Shown: positions 59,851 through 64,000 of the stretch, one piece after another
How positions within the stretch are numbered: position 1 is the first letter of the stretch
Layout: each line of letters opens with the position of its first letter
DNA from: Azolla caroliniana
Lineage: Eukaryota; Plantae; Polypodiophyta
Reading direction: 5' to 3'
Assembly: GCA_043228905.1 (NCBI GenBank)
Contig: JBHGNT010000015.1
Coordinates: 5,208,001-5,272,000 of the forward strand
DNA length: 64,000 nt
Notes under the pieces: model-generated
Databases searched by the model: none
Seen by the model: the letters and a program-made list of their open reading frames with translations, nothing else
What the model was told of the DNA's origin: nothing
Made by a program: the position numbers and the translations under genes

Positions 59851-62404
59851 CCCACGTGAAAATAGCCGACCTATACTTACGACCCAGAAGCCTAAGAATT
59901 TGACACCAAAAACTTTTTGCGGCAACACATTCTCAAAATACATGTAGATCCTAAGACAGATTGTGTATTCATGTCGTAAATCATGAACAAGCACCATTGC
60001 CGAATAAAATGTAGTTCTTCTTCTGCACACAATCATCAAATAAAAAAAAAATCTTAATTTTCAAATTGATGTTTTCAGCTAAATTTACATAAACATGATT
60101 ATGTTTTTGAGAGATATAAATGGAGTGCTTGCTTATTCTCACAATGATCTATGTATATGCTTGGTCAAAGTATAATCTCCTACCTCATCACATGGAAATT
60201 AAGATTGATAGCACACTTGCCACAAAGCGAATTTTGGATCATGGGTAATTGCTATTAGCATGAATGTTTAGGTAGGGAAGACACATCAAAGTCCTTTATG
60301 TGCTTGTCATCAAGAAAAGTGACATATGACCCACCACTAAAATGGACTCTTACGTGACACCACTACAATACACTCTTAAGTGGCATGCTTTCATCCTTCA
60401 TGGCTTTTGGAACACTTGGCTCACACAAAGAGGAAGCGCCATAGGCTCGTAAATCATTGACTTATGGAATCCTCAAGAAATCGGGACAATTGGGGGATCT
60501 TAATTTGTGTTTGATTTCTTTGTTATATGAACAATTTTTGCTAATCACAAAAAATGTGGTAGAGATGTGTTATCCATTGTGGATACAAGTTTGATAATTT
60601 TCAAAAGAATGCAATACCTCAAGTTCTATTAGAAAATTGATCCATACACAAGATAGGTGCCATTTCAATTTAAAAACAAAAAATGTTTAGGTCACTTATA
60701 GACGCTCAACAATAATTATGAACAATTAAAATTTAGGTTATATTATGAGCATTCCATTGCTTCGACATTGGTGGCCAACATGTAGAAGAAAAAGAGGTGT
60801 AATCATGATTCCCAATTCAATCATCATTGCAAGGAGAATCATGTGAATTTCTGTACTTGCCAAAAAATTGGTGTGTGTGAAGGGCTAGAATAAGATCAAA
60901 GCTCTTGGTACTCAAATACACCTTTGTTGAATTAAACAATACACTTGTCAACCTTTAAGTTTTACATTTTGTATTACTACATTTGAAATGAAAAGCTCAT
61001 TTCGGATTCATCTAGGCATGACATGTGATGTGATAATTGAGTCTACAATCACATTGTAGTCCTTTCGTTAATTATCTTTGTATAAAATTTCACCTTTCCC
61101 AAATAGGTAATTCTGCAAGTGTAAACGAATTGTATGAAATCTATAAACAAATGGATGATTGATATCTAACAATGTGAAATCTACTCGATGAATTTCATGT
61201 GGGAGGACAACTCGGACATACTTTTCAAGAGTTGCAAGTGGATTGAAACCTAGATAGCTTCACCGTTGTTCCATTGAAACACCATATATTCCATATGCTA
61301 ATCTTGAATGATTGATAAACTTGTCTTTCTAAATCCTAGTTTTCCATTTTCTTCATAGAAACTTTCCACTATTTCTCTGTAGTCAAGACTATAATTTCCA
61401 AAAAAAGTGTGATGCCTATCAATTTTTTTTCTTAATCTGAACATTTCCCATTGTTCTATGAGATGAAATTTCACAAACTTGTATGATTTCTGACTATGTA
61501 ATTAGGCTCCAACATGCAAAATCTATTCACATCATGGATGTTGGAACTTGGATCGTCTTTGTGCTATTGTTTACTAAGAAGGCATAATAGTTTACTTGAA
61601 AGAAGAGAGGAAAACTTCTTTCGAGATGAACATGCTCGAATTGTTGGATACTCTTTCACTGTAGCAATAGTGTATACTCTTTTTGTTTTCACGGTTGTCA
61701 ATTGGTAAACTTCAATAGTGCATACTCTTTTCTTTTATGTTATCAATGTAGGTTGCTAATTTGCATGGCAACAATATGGAAAACTTCAGTTGCAATAGAG
61801 AAGCATGCCAACTTCACTTAATGCCTAAAAGCTAAGAAAAAACGAGAATTGTAATACCGTTTTTATTTTATGTATCTAGGAAGGCTTTAATTTGTGTCTC
61901 TCCATTGTTACTCTCTCTTTGAAGTACATCGGCCATTGACAAGCTAACAAAGGGTTCTCAAGTTGACAAACCTTTTACGCACATAGCTATAACCACTAAA
62001 TATAATTTTTCTAGGACATGCATCCCAAACAAAAGATTGCCATGCTTGTGCATTGATGCTTAGTAAGGTGAAATAACAACTTGCAACTAATAGACAATAG
62101 ATTAATAAAAGAATGCATGCGCACCCATATAACTAATTTGTGGTTGGTAACATAAATTAACTCCCAATCTTTTGTTTTAAAGTCCATAAACCCCAAATGT
62201 GTTGGTTATGGACAAGGTTTTGCCTAAAGCACATTGTTATTCACAAGTCTCCTCTTTGGATAGAGCAATTCTAAACCACACCAAAGTAAACTATCACAAA
62301 AAAATCAACTTGGTTTCACACTAGCGTCCAACTATATTTAATAGTAAGGGTGGGCTACCACATTGGCTAATGAGGATGCTCAAAGAGGTTCGTATGCTTG
62401 TAAT

Positions 62405-63064
62405 CATAGATTGACACATGCGTGATATTCATGATATTCTTCATGCGCAATATTCTCAATATTCGAGAATACGAAATGGCCCCAAGAATATTAAAAAACC
62501 ATTCGTTTTGCAAAATAAATATAAAATATTTATTTATTTATTTAAATAAATTTATTTCACCAAAAAAAGAACAATTATTCATTAATAGATTATAGTGTCA
62601 AGAGAGTTTATAAAACTTATTTTAATTAATCAATTAATTAATTACTTTTTAAAAAACGAATATTTTTATATTTATTATACAAATATGATTAATATAAACT
62701 TTGATGATATGATTAGTTTGAAGTAGTATTTTTAATGTTAAAATAAAAATATACATAAATTTTGAGGGAATAAAAAGTGAGAAATTAATGAGCCTTTATT
62801 TTATTTTATTTGTTTATTAAAAATAAAACGAATACTTATAACTTATAAGTTATACATTTATTATAAAAATTTAGTACTATCAAATCCCCAAGTCCCTCTT
62901 TTATTATCCCTATTTATTGTCAAGTTCCTTTTTTTTATCCTAGAAATTAAAAAAGATAGAGTTTTTATTTTTTTGAGTTAAACGAATACTTGACCACCCA
63001 TTCATATTCGTATTCGTTTGCATTTAAATGGGAAACCCGACGAATGCGAATATGTCAATCTATG
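62405..63064. mobile_element. hAT-type MITE (660 bp, AT-rich)
   Basis: TIRs CATAGATTGACACAT / ATATGTCAATCTATG. Perfect 8-bp TSD CTTGTAAT (62397-62404 and 63065-63072). Confidence 0.9.
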
Positions 63065-63126
63065 CTTGTAATCTACCAACATTAGTATAACATTGTTAAA
63101 TATTTAAGTTGTTGTCTATACATATG

Positions 63127-64000
63127 TTTTTTTTATATAAAAGATTTTCTTCAACAGTGTTAAGAATAAAACGCCCGAAGGCTACAACTTGAACCTAGTT
63201 ACCAAGGAGGTTATAACTTTTCCTATACAATGCTGTAAAATACAAGGATGTTTACATTTGTTGATATTCAAGAAAGAGTCCATGGAAGTCGATATTGCCA
63301 TTGAGGTTCTTGAGTTGACATTGTAAACAGGGGCACCTTTTTCCATAAGTGAAGAAGATTTTTCCTTTTCTTGTTCACAGTATCTAGGGAACCCTGCATA
63401 TTGTCATACTGGCCACAGACTACTGCTAGCAAGTTCTCCCATATCTCAAACAACACATCTGAGAGATGAATGCCTGGTTACATCGATATTTCCATAATGC
63501 CAATAATGTTATTGTGGTCACAATTTTCCAAATTTGGACAGATCGCACCTGCTTGCGAGGTTTTTGGAAGGGACTAACTAATATCAATCTTCTATTATGT
63601 ATTGTCATTGCCTCATGAACATCGTTTGCCTCATACAACATCAAGCCAGAGTGTAATACTCCCCACATCGCTGATCCCCATGAGAATAGGCAACCTATAT
63701 TGATTGTTAGGAATAAAGACATGACTTTCTTCCATACTTGTTGAGCAAAAGAACAAGGCCATAAGACATGCTTGCTAGTCTCTTGAGGTTCATGGCAAAA
63801 GCCACATTGCCGCAAATTGGGTGCTACATTCCCTTTCAATGAATGACCAACGGGTAGTGCCATATACACTAATAACCACCGAAAGAGAATAAATTTAGTT
63901 GGCCCCTTGAATGACCATATCCATTTCCTATAGGTTCTCAAATGCAAAGTGGAAACACCCCAATTGGTCCAATGTTTCTGAGTTGCTGGTATCATTACAT
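63127..64000 (-). mobile_element. LINE (L1-like) 3' end with zf-RVT domain and short poly(A), runs off the window
   Basis: ORF 63426-63995 (WIWS...FRWLL...LPV...CGFC...ETSKHVLWPCSFAQQVW). T-run at ~63127-63134. Confidence 0.82.

Noticed and set aside
56900-62300. Decayed transposase or copia coding remnants (e.g. GGSYVTFLDD on the minus strand at ~60305-60335)
   Set aside because: Too degenerate to delimit or assign with confidence by eye.

Overview
Plant nuclear DNA; a non-seed plant such as a fern is plausible but inferred only. (1) 1-5009 is about 1.5 apparently identical copies of a 3323-bp tandem unit ending at a 100-N gap. The unit carries a U2 snRNA gene (+, 1256 and 4579) and a convergent U1 snRNA gene (-, 2437->2274). 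Both genes have a plant USE and TATA promoter with the same short 22-bp spacer. This linked U1+U2 array is the most notable feature. (2) 5110-~40300 is a nested LTR-retrotransposon stack, mostly Ty1/copia with Ty3/gypsy remnants. Several insertions are resolved by target-site duplications (TSDs), including one intact, young copia element (24866-30269). (3) ~40090-47430 is a ~3-kb tandem duplication whose second copy gained a solo LTR and tRNA-derived repeats. A tRNA-Ala-primed TRIM follows at 48087-49209. (4) 51907-56035 is a 7-coding-exon OSCA/CSC1-family (ERD4/OSCA3.1-like) gene with a G-box/ABRE cluster upstream. (5) 58100-64000 holds a minisatellite, LINE remnants and a hAT-type MITE. All comparisons were made by eye; no database searches were run.
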